Positions 12,781-27,073 of a DNA stretch of 64,000 nt are shown here, in pieces. The notes under the pieces were generated by a model. It made no database searches. It had not been told where the DNA came from and was given only the letters and a program-made list of their open reading frames with translations. The position numbers were made by a program, and so were the translations under genes. Each line of letters starts with the position of its first letter. Positions within the stretch are counted from its first letter, which is position 1. This DNA comes from Octopus bimaculoides. Its lineage: Eukaryota. The stretch is taken from contig NC_068997.1 in NCBI RefSeq assembly GCF_001194135.2, positions 31,966,472-32,030,471 on the forward strand, read 5' to 3'.

Positions 12781-13960
12781 CATCATCGTTAAGATTTATT
12801 GTCCGGTTGCTATGCTGGCATGAGTTGGAAGGTTTGACAGGAACTGGTAAGGTCAGGGGCAACACCAGGTCATAGTCTGTTTTGAACTGGTCTCTACAAC
12901 TGGATGCCCTTCCTAATGCCAGTCACTCCACAGAGTGTGCTGGGTGCTTTTTTACATGGCACCAGCACTCACATCAATGCTTTTTACCTGGCACCTTCAT
13001 TATAGGATCTCAACTCTGTTGTGGGTTTTGTTGAGTACAGCAATAGGCCACATGTCTCAGTTCTCTGTCATAAATGTATATGTATATGTGCTTGTATATT
13101 TGTTTGTTTTTTTCCCCCTCTTAGCTTTAGAACAGAAGTGGTAAGCAACAAGATATATGGCTTATCATAAGGCAAGCTACACAGCTAAAAACGCCCAAGG
13201 TCATTTTTTTTGTTGGTGTGCCAGCTTGCCCATGACTGCTTTTAAAACTTGTTCCTAAGGTAGATATCAAGAACAGTACACTACTACTTGCCTATTTTCA
13301 CTGTTCTGTTTATAGATTCAATTTGCATAATACATGTTAGATGGTCTTTTTCTTAACCAGAAACCCACCTGTTCGAGATTACTGTTTAAACAGTTACTTA
13401 GCAACCTAAGAAGTTGTATCTTATGGTTATGGATCAAATGTGAATTTTTGAGTACTGGATATACTCTAAGTTTTGAAGTGGCTTCTCATAAATGTTCTTT
13501 TTCTCATTAATTCTTAATGAAATATTCACACACAAATATTTATACATATGCATGTAGCCACATAGAAAAAACCCCCACAAAAACACACACATGAATAATC
13601 TCATATAGAAAATAACATCCAATGGTCCTGTACTTATTCTCTCACTACAACCAGTCTCTCTGACCAAATCTTCTAAACCCTAACTGTAGCCTAACTTCAC
13701 CCCTTTCTTACTCTCTTCTGTACTACTAACTGTACTCCCTAGACATCATCTTCTATAGAGCCTCTAATTTTATTAGCCACCCCCACACACACACACACAC
13801 ACACCATCCCTTTCATCTATACCAAGCCCTTAAACTGATAAAAACAACTGACTTGGGAACCAGAGACCCTTCCACACCTTCACCAGTATGACAGGTGGCA
13901 ATATACATAAATATATATAAATATATATATATAAGGGAGCGTACAGTGCTTGAGTACCAA

Positions 13961-13998
<38 letters not shown>

Positions 13999-14672
13999 TT
14001 AGTTATATTGGTAACAAAATATACATATTTACAACTCATACCCATTGACCATCCCACCCTGGATATTGTTCTCATTTCTTCTCACACATCCAGCTCACCT
14101 CAACCTCTATAAGTGTTTCTTTACACAACACTAATTTATATCATTTGGTGAATTTTAATGACGCCAGCCACAACTTCCTGAGCAACAATAAGCAACTGCA
14201 AGCATGGGCCAATGAGGAAGTTTGTATGTGGTCACTGCATCTGCTAGAAATAGCAGCAATCTTTAAAAAACAGGTAGGACATATTGAATGATGTAGCCCA
14301 AGATAAACTGTGATTGAAATGTCATCAGCCATAGGACTGCATGATGAGAGCTAACCTGGGGTTAAACAGCAAAGGACATTGCTATACAAGTCTATGATAC
14401 AAAAAACTCTCTGTGTGGTCAATTGTCTTGCTAAAAATAGCAATAAAATATCCTTAAAATCTGCTGTCTTAAAAAAAAAAAAAAAAAAAAAACAGAAAAG
14501 ACATAGTAGATAGTGTAGTCCAAGATTATTCATTAAATACAAGATGGTCATGGCTGGTATGCCTTTGATCATAAGTTTGCTCAGCCAAGATTAACCTAGA
14601 AAGAATAAATTCTCAACTACCAAGAATTACCTCCTTTAGAATCACTTCAAAAATCTCCACAACTGCAGACTC

Positions 14673-15006
14673 AAGTATGGCTGTCCAGTAAGATGTTTGC
14701 TTCCTAACTACATGGTTCTGAGTTTAGTCCCACTGCATGGCACCTTCAGCATGTATCTTCTACTATAGCCCACAAAATCCTTGCAAGTAAATTTGGTAAA
14801 CAGAAAGTGAAAGGAGCCCATTGTGTGTGTGTGTGTGTGTGTTAGTTTGTTTATGTCCTTGTAACTTAGCAGTTCAGCCAAAGACAACGAACAAATAAAA
14901 ACTAGGCTTTAGAAAAATGAGTCCTGGGATTGGTTCATTCAACTAAAAATTCTTCAAGTCAGTGCTCCAGTATGGTCGCAGTCTAATGAATGAAATCAGT
15001 AAAAGA
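14673..15006 (+). mobile_element. SINE family A, internally shortened
   Basis: Family A head, (TG)n and tail. Confidence 0.75.
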
Positions 15007-17083
15007 TAAAACTGCACTTCGACCACCACCACCACTGCACAACTACCTACACATATACTAAAATGTAAAACCAGTGCCAAACAATGCGATATGTTCTGAT
15101 ATAGCAATGCTGGCAGTTGTTTAAGTCCAGTTGGAAGCCTGCCATGCTTCACCACTACTACACCTTACTTTTTCCCACACCGCATTCTTTTATAAAGCCA
15201 TACCCCATTGCCTTAACTGAATATTGCTCCACCCTACTCTTCCAGCTCTGTCCGAACTACTTCATACAATCATATCACTCTACTTCACCACACACATTAC
15301 TCAGTAACCCACTATTATACACTACAACGTCCTAACCACACAAGCATAAAACCATGACACACCACACCGTTGTATAACAGTACACAATCAAACTGACACC
15401 TTACACTGGGGCAGGACACTTTCTTAAACCCCCCACATGGCTGCATTACATCACTCTGGCTTACATTTCACTAAACCTCTAAACAACACAACCTATTCTA
15501 CTCAAGACGACCATTCACTGCAGCACAAAATACTGTGGTGTATATATAATCTTAGACTGTGGTATGTATATAGAGAGGTACACAACGAAGTGTTTGCGTG
15601 TGTGTGTGTGTGTGTGTATACACACTTTAAGTTCGTTTATGGGAAATGTTTTGAAAATGCATATAAAAGCTCCCTATTTTTTTTATGTCAGCTATAGCCT
15701 GATGGCAAATGATGATACCAGTTTTTTGGGGTTGTACTGAGTTGTGCCGATATAATGTAGGACTAACCACTAAAACCCACTAAAATTTCAGGCCCTGTGC
15801 CTATAATAAAAAGATGTGTGTGTGTGTGTTATTTATATATTTATATATAATAGTAGAGTTCCATTATAGATAGAATCAACAAAAAAGTACTCCAACCAGG
15901 GTAAGATAAATATATATATATATGTATATGTATATACATACACATAAGGCTATGTGATTAACATATGTATTGGTAAAAGGTTATAGTGTATATAGAGTAA
16001 TAGTAGATGTGATATGTATATAGTAATAAATCCTGTGTATAGTATAAGAGAGAGAGAGTGAGTGAAAGAGAGAGAGAAATAGAGAGAGCATGGTATCGTA
16101 TATATTTATAGAGATGTGATATACAGTTTACCAGAAATGGAAGAGGAATGGATAATTGCCATATATAAATAGTATTTAGTTTCATTCATATAAAATTCCT
16201 GGTTCAAATCTCTGCAACATGTTACTTTTTATTTCCTTATCATCCTTTCTGTGGGGTTTTGATTAAAAAAAAATATTAGTAACATACTAATTAATTACAC
16301 TGTTTCCTCTGCAAAAGTTTGCATGGCCCCAGGTTACTACTACTACTACTACAGGGGTGGTAGTGTAAGTGACTAGTAAGTAAATATATTTAAATCTGAA
16401 TATCAGTTCCTTACATGTGAGTATGCTATGTGAGTTGAGATTCACACTCTACATAACATGCATGCATGCACACACGGCTATGAAGCTTTATAAGAGACTG
16501 AGGGGTTTCTGCTATTGCACAAGAATGTAAACATATATTTGTATATTTCGAAGACAGAGCTCCAGTATGGCCAGCATTATGATGGCTGAAACGAAAACAG
16601 AACAACAGATGCAAACACAAGCACATATACATACACACACGTCAATACACATACATTTAGATACCAAAAACTGAGATATACAAACAAGCCTATCTCCTGG
16701 CCTATCTCAAAGGGCAGTAACTCCAAATAACTTAGGCCATAATGTAAAATGATTATACACACAAACATGCATGCAAACATACATACATGCATGCATGCAC
16801 CCACATATATACATACATAAACGCACATTTATTTATATTTATTTATATATATATATTTCTAAGAAGCCACTTCTAAGTGCAGTATACAATGGAAAATACT
16901 AGAAGTGGAAGAAATGAAAACCATACAAAAGTGGTTGTCAAAACTATAATTCATGCACTGCAGAAAAAAGATTAATATTGAAATACGCAAGGGAATCAGA
17001 TGTTCACCATAATTCATAATTGAAATAAAAACTCAGAAAATGCAGTCATAAATAAAATAAAATATGTCCTGAAATCTTTGCTT

Positions 17084-17149
17084 GGGAATCACACCTTGGA
17101 ATACTGGGAATCAAACCTTGGAATACTGGGAATCAAACCTTGGAACCAG
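17084..17149. repeat. 22-bp tandem repeat x3
   Basis: GGGAATCAAACCTTGGAATACT repeated three times. Confidence 0.9.
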
Positions 17150-17322
17150 TACAACAACAGATTCGAGAATATCAACTGCACTTAAACCTCTATCTTCTGG
17201 TTTTACTAGTTAACATTTGTTCTCCACTTTTCACTCCCTACACCTTGCACTCCAGATTATAGATACTCTATAATCTATACCACTAGCCACCCTTATATCT
17301 ATCTATCTGTCTGTCTGTCTGT

Positions 17323-17497
17323 TGTGAAGGTGCATGACCTAGTGGTTAGGATGTTGCACTCACAATTAGGAGATTGTGGTTTTGATTCCCAGACCAGCTG
17401 TGCATTGAGTTCTTGAGCAAAACACTTCATTTCATGTTGCTCTGTCCACTCACCTGTAAATGGGTAACCTTGTGACAGATTGGCATTCAAGGGTGAC
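17323..17497 (+). mobile_element. SINE family C
   Basis: Head colinear with 1992-2275. Confidence 0.75.
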
Positions 17498-18414
17498 ATG
17501 GTGACTCAGGAAAATAGTTTCAATTGAGATCTTACAAGCCACATTTTGTATTCAGTGATCAAAAGGATGAATAGTACAATCTGTACTGTGAATCCTGATT
17601 GGTTGGGGTTGGTTATTCAACTACATCATAAGTTGATCGATGATCTGCCTGACTGCCTGTCTATCTCTCACTCTCTCTATCAATCTATTTATATTTTTAT
17701 ATGTTCATCTACCAAGCTGTCTATCCATCTATCTAACTTTCCTCATGTCCCTTCTGTTTCCTTTTTTCTTATTACGTTTTTTCTCTTCTTTTTTCTCATT
17801 CTTCTTTTCTTTCCGTCTTCCATTCTAATTCCCTAACTAGTCACAATTCCTATCAAAAGAAGGGAGATAAACCCTTAGGTAAAAATCTAGGTTATTCCCC
17901 TACCCTTCCCCTTTGATCTCTATTTCACCATCATACCCAGATTACTCTAATCTTTATAATAATAATTTCTGCTTTTATCTACACTGAAAGAAGACTCTCT
18001 CATGAGATATAGGACAGCCTGCTCTACATAATTATCTTACTATGACATACCACACAAAGCAGTTTGTATCCTAATAGTTGACTGTATTACATGATTAAAC
18101 TCTACCAAACCAGTATTGAGTACTCAAGTCTTATGTTACAAATGCATATTTTTTTTGTTTTTGCAATTTTGTGTGTGTGTGTGGATATATTTCAAAGTTT
18201 GTTAGCTGTTTCATATAGAGGATGCAAAGCTGTTTCTACAATCATTACTGCTTTGGTTGTAGTATTGGAGACACCTTAGCTCCATGGCTAAGGATGTCTG
18301 CAATGCTATAAATGTGTCTGTGCGTATATATGTATGTATATGTGTAGAGATACATATAAATGTGTATGTGCATATGTAATAAATATGGGTGTGTGCATAG
18401 ATATGTATATATAT

Positions 18415-18478
<64 letters not shown>

Positions 18479-19324
18479 GCATATATAGATTAGTATTTAT
18501 ACAAATTCACACAAGCAGATGAGGGAATATACATTCACAAGTATGTTACACAATTTCACTCCAACAACATCGCATTCCGCCATCACCCCACCGAAACCAT
18601 CATGCTAGGGTAGCAGACATAACAATTCCATTCTTGGTGAGAGGGATAAAGCGTATCATAGTGGTGTGGTGTTGTGGGGGGGGGGGTTGAGTGGGGGTTG
18701 GTGTTTTCCTGCGCCACCACCATCTCACGTACCTCTTTTATATATCTCTCTGCATTCCTGGAGCCAGGTGGCTAGGGGGGGGGGTGAAGGCGAGGGTGAA
18801 GGTGGGGGTATGAAAACTCGCAAATACGCAACGTTAACATAGCAGCTGTGTACGCACACACAAAGCTGTTTCAGTTAATGCAGCAACACATACACATATG
18901 CTTACACATACACACACACTTGCGTACATGCATGCATGTATGTGTGTATTTATATACAATTATATACACACACACACAGATACATAAAATTGTTTAGGCT
19001 TTTACAAGCATACACATACATACACATGCATATACTGACATCTACACCCATAAAGATGAAACCACATACAGTGTATGTGTGCACATGAACATGTATATGT
19101 AAATGTTTGTATGCATGTGTGTGTGTGTATGCACACACACATTCTTTCTTTACTTGTTTCGCATGCATACATACAATTACACACGCAATACCAGCAAGCA
19201 TACATATAGAAACTGTACATCAATCATCTTGTAGTGAGTAGCATACTTGCAAGTATGTACTGGTATATAACACACACACACACACACACCACATTGATTG
19301 ACATGTATGCTAATGTGTGTGTGC

Positions 19325-19368
<44 letters not shown>

Positions 19369-20569
19369 GCACACGTACACATTCACAGACACGTGTACAC
19401 GCAAATACAAATGAGCCGAGGGACCATACATATGGTCAATCAACCTGTCAGAAACAGCAGCGAAATTTCCCTCAAATCCATACCCTACCCTCTTATATAA
19501 GAACAAGACACGTTATAGGATAACATCGGCCTTCCTGCATATCCTTAAAAATGACTGGATGGTTCCAGCTGGAATGTCTTGGATCATAGGCTTGCTTAAT
19601 CAATTCCAAACTAGGACTGAACAACACTCGTACATGCGCGTATGCACACACACACACACACACACATGTATGTGCATATGTACATGCACACAAAAACTTC
19701 CATACAGTAAATACCACAGAAACGCATCAGTCCATACGTTTCCAATAACATGCTCTCTCCTCTCTTACTCACTCTCTCTCATTTTCATTTATTCTTATCT
19801 TCCCTTTTTTTTACCCTCTCTCATTGACACTAGTGTTTCTTACTCTCCCTCTTTTCCTTTTATACTTTATATCATCCTTTCAGTGTATCTTCACTATACT
19901 ATTTTGTATTACCTCTCTCTCTCTCTCTCTCCCCACCCCTCAGCTAATTCTTTCTGTTTCTTATTACTTCTTACCTCCTTTCTCTCCTCTCATCCTTACT
20001 CCCTCCCTACATATATTCTCAAAAACTGCTAAGCGCTGTGGCTGTTATACATGCTTACAACTGTGATCACAATGATGATGATGTTGGCGGTAGGAGGAGT
20101 GGGGGGGTGATGATGATGATGATGAAAGCGTAGGAGGGAGTAGAGAGGAGTAACAGCACTAGAAAGAGAGAGAAAGAGTAAGAGAGGGAGTAGTGATGTA
20201 TAACCTAGATACTGGCCAATAGACACATGTACACATGTTTGTTGCAGTATTGCCGCCAATATTAAAACACTACCACAAACAACAACAACAACAACACCTC
20301 CTTCGACAAAGCTTCCACCACCTCCAGCTACAACAACACAAGCAAAATGCACCACCATTTCACCACTGCCATCACCACCGCCACAACTCAACAATATCAC
20401 TGACAATACATAATATAACCCACTCCCTACCTCCGCCTCCTTGTCAGCTTTACCACCACCACCACACTATTATAACTTCTACTTCTACTACTACTACTAC
20501 TACTGCTGATGATGATGCAACTATTACTACTACTCCTACCACCACTATTACAGCAAGCCATGGAAGGAG

Positions 20570-20810
20570 CCTCTGCAGAGTACTTCAACCTGCTAGAAAT
20601 AGCAGCCAAATCTTCAAAATACACCCTATCATCTTAAGAAAGAAAAGCACATTGGATAATGTAGTCCTAGATACACTGTGACCAACGTCACAAGCCTATG
20701 ATCAAAGTCATTCTCTACCACCACCATCAGCAACTTGTGTTGATTGTGGGGGAGGAGAAGTCTTTGAACATAGGTCTGCTCAATCAGGGCTGACTTGGGC
20801 CCCCCTAGTC
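20570..20810 (+). mobile_element. Retroposon tail family D (further copies near 14420-14600, 19440-19625, 45985-46225; reversed near 61790-61850)
   Basis: Recurrent CTGCTAGAAATAGCAGCCAAATC...GGTCTGCTCAATCAGGGCTGAC with a (CAA)n-like end. Confidence 0.6.
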
Positions 20811-21579
20811 GACAACAACTACCACCACTATTCAGTTCAAATGTATATCAATAAAATACTAGTTTGTTGTTGTTGTTGTTGTATGCAGAGTAACCCACCC
20901 TCACTCTGCTCTGTAATGGCACCATGTTAGCAGATCCAACAAAGCATTCATCTATTTAATTAACATCTACATCATTATGTGTACATGTTCCTGTTGGTAT
21001 GTGCGTATGTGTTATTGTAAATGCATGTGTACTTAAGATTAAAACGTCATAGACATCAACTGTAAAAGTGAGTCAATGTGTGCGTTTGTGTGTGTGTGTG
21101 TATTAGATATATACATATTAGATCTATGTGTATGTGGGTGTTAGATATATACATTTTTTCATATACATATATGCTGGAGAGAGACAGATAGATCTGATCA
21201 AATGATCAAAAGAATCCACAATCAATTAAAAGAGTTCAATGTTAAGAACTGAGACATTTATTCAATGTATTTCTTTACAAACTGGCCATGTTTCAACTAT
21301 CAAAATCATTAGAGGTGGCGGGGATGGTGATAAGCTACTGGCAAGTTTCACTTTCTACTTGGTCCAATGAAACAACTTAATTTAAAAAGTGCCATTAATT
21401 TTCATCAAGGAAGTAAGTACATCAGAAAATCCCAGCCTTTTCCCAATCACATCTTAACCATTGTGTTGTATGAGAGCAAAGAATCCAGATTAATTTTATA
21501 ACAAAATAAAATAACTGTTTTGCTTTTTTCTTTTTTAACAAAAGTGACTGTTCTTTTTTAATTTTTTTTTATTGATTTC

Positions 21580-21727
21580 TATATGGCTGTGTGGTTAAGA
21601 ACTTTGCTTCCCGACTGCATAATTTTGGGTTCAGTCCCACTGCATGAAACCTTGAGCAAATGTTTTCCACTTAGCCATCTGCCTCTTAGCTGACTTGTGA
21701 GTGGATTTGGTAGATGGAAACTGAGGG
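21580..21727 (+). mobile_element. SINE family A head
   Basis: GGCTGTGTGGTTAAGAAC...GGTTCAGTCCCACTGCATG...GGATTTGGTAGATGGAAACTG. Confidence 0.75.
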
Positions 21728-22008
21728 AAGTTTATTGCTTGTGAGTGTGTGTGCATGTGTGCACACATTTGGATTTTCCATGTTTTGAGATGGTACAATA
21801 GTCGTAAATGAGGTAAATGAACATTACTATCATACAGTGTCATTTCTTTTCAGTCTTCCAGGGAAATATGATGAACCTGAAGAAAATATTACCTAGTTGG
21901 GAGACAGATAAAGGTTGATGACAGGAAGGGCATCCAGACCTGCCTCAATGAATTCTGTTTGACCCATTTAAGCATGGAAAAGTGGATGTTAAAAAGCTGA
22001 TGTTCATG

Positions 22009-22044
<36 letters not shown>

Positions 22045-22497
22045 TATATGTAGGTCATATTTTTTTTAATTTCTGAATCCTTTTCACAAAGGAGTTAATT
22101 TCTAAGAACCAAAGCTCCATCATTGAGTTTAGATTACAATAACAGCAAAATAATTATGTTTAATATTAGAAAAGTGTTTCTAGCTAGATTTTCCTTAGTC
22201 CACAAGCAAATTAAATTTCAATTTCAATATATGTTACAAGATCCCTTTCTTCAATCAAAACCCCAGTTTCTCCAAACTGTTAATGATTCACTATTTTCAG
22301 AATAGGTATATTGTAGCATGTCAAAAGAGGCAACTAAAACTGACCACAGGACACTAAAAAAGAACTGTCCAATCCATGTCCACACATAATAGCAAACAAC
22401 AGAGGTCTCTACTCTTGAGGGTTGACTGGTTTTGTACCACCTCATCTATCTTTCCTCTTCTTGTCATCTATACCCCAAGTTTCAAAGGAACCATTAA

Positions 22498-22655
22498 CTC
22501 TTCAGCATTTTAACTGATCTAAACATTCTACCTGCTTTATATGCAAACCAGCCACATCATTGAAATCTCAAAGCTATAAGATAATGTCTGATTAATTCAA
22601 AACAATGTGAATAAATGAGCAATACATTTACCAGAGTAATCTGAATGCTAAAGGG
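22498..22655. mobile_element. TTAA-flanked MITE, same family as 46296-46496, opposite orientation
   Basis: TTAA|CTCTTCAGCATT...GAATGCTAAAGGG|TTAA. Interior is the reverse complement of 46296-46496. Confidence 0.6.
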
Positions 22656-23397
22656 TTAAAAGCTTTCCTTCTCGGAGCATCAGCTCTCTGAAAACTTCCC
22701 ATCCTGCTCATATTTGCTTTATTGTTATCATCAATTTGTAAAGCAATAAAAAAAATTATGATTTTAATTTAACTAGAATTTCTAACTTCAATTCCACTCA
22801 GTTGTTCTTCCTTATCCCAGAAAACACTTTCATACTTTGGTCCACAAAAATTCCTTACTTTCTTCTAAAACTGTGGCAGCATTCATTCCTATTGTACATC
22901 TACCAAACCAGATATCATTTTATATGTATACAATGCTACTGTAGCTATAAGCATTGTATATCATATTCCTGGAGGTAGCCTGAAGCTTGATAAAATAGTT
23001 ACATTAGCTTGCAGAAAATGATGAACATCTGCTGAAAATATCCAAAGTGATGTGGTGCAACAGAATTGTCTTATTATACTATAGAGGCCTGGTAGCATTC
23101 CTACCATTTTTATTTACCAGGTATTTTACTAGTTATCACCATTTAGCACTTCTATGCAGAAAGTAAGATGTAATCTATCTGTCACAGGTTGAGCACAGGC
23201 TATTCACCTTGTCTGTGTAGCTTTTAATCATATCATATATTCACATATATACACGCATGCACACACAACACAGACATAAATGTACACACACACACACAGA
23301 TATACATATACAAAACTGCTAGAATGGAGCAAGATATTTTTTAGAGCTGTACACTCTCACTCAACTGACTCTTAACTCAGCTCACTCTCTCATTCTT

Positions 23398-23903
23398 GTA
23401 TCATCATCATCATTTAACGGCTGCTTTCCATGCTAGCATGGGTTGGATGGCTTGACTGAGGACTGGCAATCTGATCTGGCAAGGTTTCTACAGCTGGATA
23501 CCCTTCCTAATGCCAACCACTCCAAGGGTGTATTGGGTGCTTTTTACATGCCACTGGGACGAGGGCCAGTCAGGCGGTACTAGCCTGGACCATGCTTGAA
23601 TGGAGCTTTTTATATGCCAAAAGCACAAGAGACAGTCAGGCAGCACTGGCAATGACCACACTTGAATGGTGATTTTTTACGTACCATCAGCACAGGACCA
23701 ATCAGTCAGCACTGGCATTGACCACGCTCAAATGGTGCTCTTTACATGCCACAGCATGGGTGCCAGTCAGGTGGTACAGGCATCAGCCACGACAATGACT
23801 TCACTTGACTCTACAGGTCTTTGCAAGCACAGTTTATTGCCCAATGATTGAAGGGTACTCTTAAATGGGTTAGTTATGCTACACTGGCATAGGTCTAGGC
23901 CAG
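23398..23903. mobile_element. (CAT)n-tailed retroposon family E with an internal ~66-bp tandem array
   Basis: CATCATCATTTAAC...CCATGCTAGCATGGGTTGGA...GGATACCCTTCCTAATGCCAACC. Same orientation at 12779-13010, 37705-37885 and 48651-48755; opposite at 1-82, 5035-5275, 21862-22010, 30215-30440 and 32900-32985. Confidence 0.7.
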
Positions 23904-24035
23904 TATATATTTATACCTAATAAGATAAAGTCAAAAATTAGGGATTACCAAAACATCTGAAGGGATATCCAGATCTGATATTAACATCAAACCTGGTGTG
24001 TGTCCAGGCCTTAAAACATCATGCCAGATGATACA

Positions 24036-24262
24036 CGCTGGCAGAAACGGTAGCACGCTGGGCGAAATGCTTAGCAGTATTTCGTCTGCTGTTACGTTGT
24101 GTGTTCAAATTCCGCCAAGGTCGACTTTGCCTTTCCTCCTTACTGGATCAATAAATTAAGTACCAGTTACGCACTGGAGTCGATGTAATTAACTTAATGC
24201 CTTTGTCAGTCCTTGTTTGTCCCCTCTATGTTTAGCCCCTTGTGAGCAATAAAGAAATTACC
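24036..24262 (+). mobile_element. SINE family B
   Basis: Colinear with 11516-11732. Confidence 0.85.
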
Positions 24263-24845
24263 CCAGCATGACAGTATGTTTGCTATCTGCATCAACTGAA
24301 CCATTAACCTGCTGCTACCAACTTTGAAGTTGTGAAGATGTAGATTTACTTATCTATTCTATGCTTTGTTGGAATAAAATGGACAACCATCTGCCCATAA
24401 TCATCTGCTCTTTTGCCAAGTCTTGCTTTTCATTCAGCAGTGTCCAAAATCACCTTTCCTCACCAAGCAAGCTTTGCAAGTATAATACATATATCATTAT
24501 TTTAACATATACTTGGGTCAGGCAGAGTTTTCTACAGCCAGATGTTCTTTCTGTCACCAACCCTGACCTGTTTCCAGACAAGGTAATATTTCCTGTGACC
24601 AGGCATGTCTTTGAGGCAATGTCTGGCCACAGAAACAAACAACACTGCTTGTATGATGGTGATGCTCATTTACAACCACCACATGATGTCAAGACAAGGA
24701 TGCACACGACAAGACGCACATTGTACATACATGCATGCATGTATGTGTATATATGTATGTATGTATATACACGTGTGTGTGTGTGTTAAGATGGGTTTTT
24801 TTTGTCATGGGTATAAAATCTAATTTTTCAGTGTATGTATGTTAT

Positions 24846-25183
24846 CTTTTACTTGTGTCAGTCATTAAATTGTGGCAATACTGAGACACTACCTTGAAAA
24901 TTTTAGTTACTTTTTTTATTCGAGCCAGAACTTATTCTATCAGTTTCTTATGCTGAACCGCTAAGTTACAGAGATGTAAACACACCAGCACCGGTTGTCA
25001 AGCAGTGGTGAGACACACACACATGACAGGCTTCTTTCAGTTTCCAGTTACCAAATCCAATCACAAAGCTTTCGTCAGCCCAAAGCTAAAGTAAAAGACA
25101 CTTGCCCAAGATGCCATGCAGTAGGACTCAACTGGAAACCAAATGGCTAGGAAGTGAGCTTCACAAATATTCAGCCACACTTG
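24846..25183 (-). mobile_element. SINE family A
   Basis: Reverse complement of family A. Confidence 0.75.
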
Positions 25184-25986
25184 TCTTATATTTTATCATC
25201 CCATGAAATCCTTTCCGTAGATTCCTTATTCATATGATAAGTTCCACACACACACACATGGGTGCATGCACACTCTTAGTCGGTACCCTTTCTTTTGAAC
25301 GGCAGAAACAATAAAAGACCAAACTAACCACTTTTAGTATATATATATATATATATATGCTTTTTTACCAGTCATATACTGGGGAAAATTCTAGTGACTA
25401 TATTCCTCCTATTTGACTATACATACATACACATGTATATCGTTTAATCGTTTAACGTCCACTTTCCATGCTAGCATGGGTTGGACTATATATGTATGTA
25501 TATATGTTGTGTATATATATATGTATAAAACAAGTTAAAAATAAATTATATATATNNNNNNNNNNATGGGTTGGACTATATATGTATGTATATATGTTGT
25601 GTATATATATATGTATGGAAGGGATCCTGTCCACCATAAGAAATCATCATCACCAACATCATTATCTCTGGTACATTACTATTCGTACATTATTCACATA
25701 TTGACACAAACTCACATCCCTTATATAACTCACATATGCAGTGAACTTGTACCCACATACATGATTACACACACACACATGCTTCCCTGTTTTTTTCCTT
25801 GCTATTACTCCACCACCACCACCACTACCACACTGTTTACCTCTGTCACTCTGCCTAACCCCTGACCTAGTGACCTTTATTAGACTCATGCCACAGTAAG
25901 AGGATGTTTACCTGATGGTAATGTCAATCCTATACACAGTGTCATGTTATAGTGTGTACACACTGCAAATGATGTATACATACACA

Positions 25987-26020
<34 letters not shown>

Positions 26021-26184
26021 ATGTGTGTACGTGTGTGTGTGTTTTCAAGTGTATATGTGTTTCTGCATATGTTGTCTATATAATGTGTATATAATTGTAT
26101 ACATGTGTATAATATTAATTTATAATGCTTCAATAAACAGTGTATGTATTTGTCTTGCTTATATTGTTTTACTGGTGCACGCGT

Positions 26185-26238
<54 letters not shown>

Positions 26239-26727
26239 CACTAAGCTGTAAATGGTAGTAGAAGAAATATACTTCTATGTATATACATGTATGTATGAGG
26301 TGGGTGTCTATATACATATATATGGGAGGGATCTTGAATGTTGAAGACACATGTGTTAGTGTAGGTAAGTCCTATATTAATAGTGGCTCCACCTCTGTGC
26401 AATTAAGACTTGCAAGTGCCACCTACATAGTAATTAATAGTCAGCGAGTTGAATTTAGTTAAAATAAGAAGTGAGAGGTGGACAGAAGTAGGAGCAATGA
26501 TAATTGCAAAGATGACAGTGTTGGTTGTTGTTGTTTAACCCAAGGCCTTCTCAGATTGATCACACTTCTGATCAGAACATTTTTAGCCATGACTATCTGA
26601 CATGTATAACAAGAAGCTACACAATCCAATAACGCCTTCATTTAAAATGAGAGGGGTACAGGTTTTGAGGGAGATTTGGCAGCTATTTCTGACAGGTCAA
26701 ATTACCACATAAATATTCTCACACTAG

Positions 26728-27073
26728 TTACCTCCGTTGAGGTATTGTTTTCAGTCTCTTTTGTTTGTCCATGGATAAGATATCTCAAGAACCACTGGAT
26801 GGATTCGGATGAAACTTCCAGAGATGTTTGGCCTCGTGACTGACACAAACTGATTAGATTTTGGGATCGATCTGGTACCAGACAAAGATTCTGGATTATT
26901 TTTCCTGTTTTTTTTTTACTTAATTTTTGAGAGCAGTTGGGTTCATTCTCGTTTGTGAAAGCAGTCGAGTTTATTTAAGATATTCACATTTTAAAAATCA
27001 TCTCTGGCTAAATTGTTGAGAGGACGTTGGTGTTGCCTTGGCAGAAGTTTGCACTCTCTGAGTGCTTGTGTTT
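26728..27073 (+). mobile_element. Helentron-type non-autonomous element (HINE/DINE-1-like)
   Basis: 5' TTACCTCCG..., GATGGATTCGGATGAAACTT core, 3' sub-terminal CCTTGGCAGAAG and terminal hairpin GCACTCTCTGAGTGC (27051-27065). Confidence 0.7.

Noticed and set aside
20029-20681. Gln/His/Thr-rich ORFs
   Set aside because: Made of (CAA), (CAC), (ACT) repeats running into a family D retroposon tail. No splice signals or domain.
23535-23800. CRISPR-like periodicity
   Set aside because: The units are whole diverged tandem copies without unique spacers, inside a eukaryotic retroposon, and there are no cas genes.
25485-25620. Direct duplication either side of a 10-N gap
   Set aside because: Typical unmerged contig overlap; an assembly artefact.
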